Positions 26,276-26,494 of a stretch of 26,494 bases of DNA are shown here, piece by piece; within the stretch, counting starts at the first letter, position 1; the number at the start of each line of letters is the position of its first letter. The notes beneath the pieces were generated by a model, which searched no databases, was not told where the DNA came from, and saw only the letters and a list, made by a program, of their open reading frames with translations. Origin of the DNA: Gammaproteobacteria bacterium (GTDB lineage Bacteria > Pseudomonadota > Gammaproteobacteria > Arenicellales > Poriferihabitantaceae); NCBI GenBank assembly GCA_020027415.1, contig JAHRAW010000047.1, positions 1 through 26,494 of the forward strand, in the 5' to 3' direction. The position numbers were made by a program, and so were the translations under genes.

Positions 26276-26322
26276 TTTTATGGCGACGGCGGTGCAATTG
26301 TTATTGCCCGCTCGCCATAAAA
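26276..26322. other. Long stem-loop just 3' of the convergent barrel gene
   Basis: Perfect 11-bp TTTTATGGCGA/TCGCCATAAAA with an inner GCAAT/ATTGC pair. Confidence 0.55.
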
Positions 26323-26328
26323 CACCCA

Positions 26329-26493
26329 CTATCTAAATCGCACTCCTAACGCAAAGCGGAGCGAGACCGGTTGCGTTTCAAAAGTGGTGATCGTTGGATT
26401 CAGCGTGCCAAAGGTGTGGCTTTGGACAATCTCGTCTTCGTAATCCGCATAGTGCACCGCAACCTGCCAGAACCATGCTTCGTTTAGCGACTT
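26329..26493 (-). CDS. 3' end of a probable outer-membrane beta-barrel protein (partial; not in the ORF track)
   Basis: Manual translation gives KSLNEAWFWQVAVHYADYEDEIVQSHTFGTLNPTITTFETQPVSLRFALGVRFR*. This reads as two amphipathic strands separated by a loop, with a terminal G-V-R-F motif. Confidence 0.55.
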   Translation of the reverse strand, partial: KSLNEAWFWQVAVHYADYEDEIVQSHTFGTLNPTITTFETQPVSLRFALGVRFR

Positions 26494-26494
26494 T

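Overview
GC-rich gammaproteobacterial chromosomal window made mostly of housekeeping genes. From left to right: the 3' end of a probable outer-membrane beta-barrel gene; a TauE/SafE transporter; glcDEF; then, on the minus strand, bioY, lnt, ybeY, a PhoH-like ATPase, miaB, ppiA, an EVE-domain gene, 5-formyl-THF cyclo-ligase, zapA and a TIGR02449 gene. A divergent promoter pair follows, then SDR, ygfB, pepP, ubiH, ubiI, fur, a PfkB kinase and a DNA methyltransferase fused to a T5orf172/GIY-YIG-like domain. Converging on these are tRNA-Thr(CGT), ispH, lspA, ribF and murJ. The window ends with rpsT and the 3' end of a second probable beta-barrel gene. No integrase, transposase or CRISPR array is visible. 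Most notable: (1) the ispH reading frame has no stop of its own before the tRNA and ends 45 nt inside tRNA-Thr on the same strand; (2) three normally conserved operon members are cleanly missing (ileS between ribF and lspA, 6S RNA between zapA and ygfA, corC/ybeX between ybeY and lnt); (3) a single-chain methyltransferase-nuclease-like fusion sits next to the tRNA 3' end; (4) slippage-type short repeats are pervasive, both as in-frame protein insertions and as intergenic spacers. All calls come from motif recognition by eye; no database searches were run.
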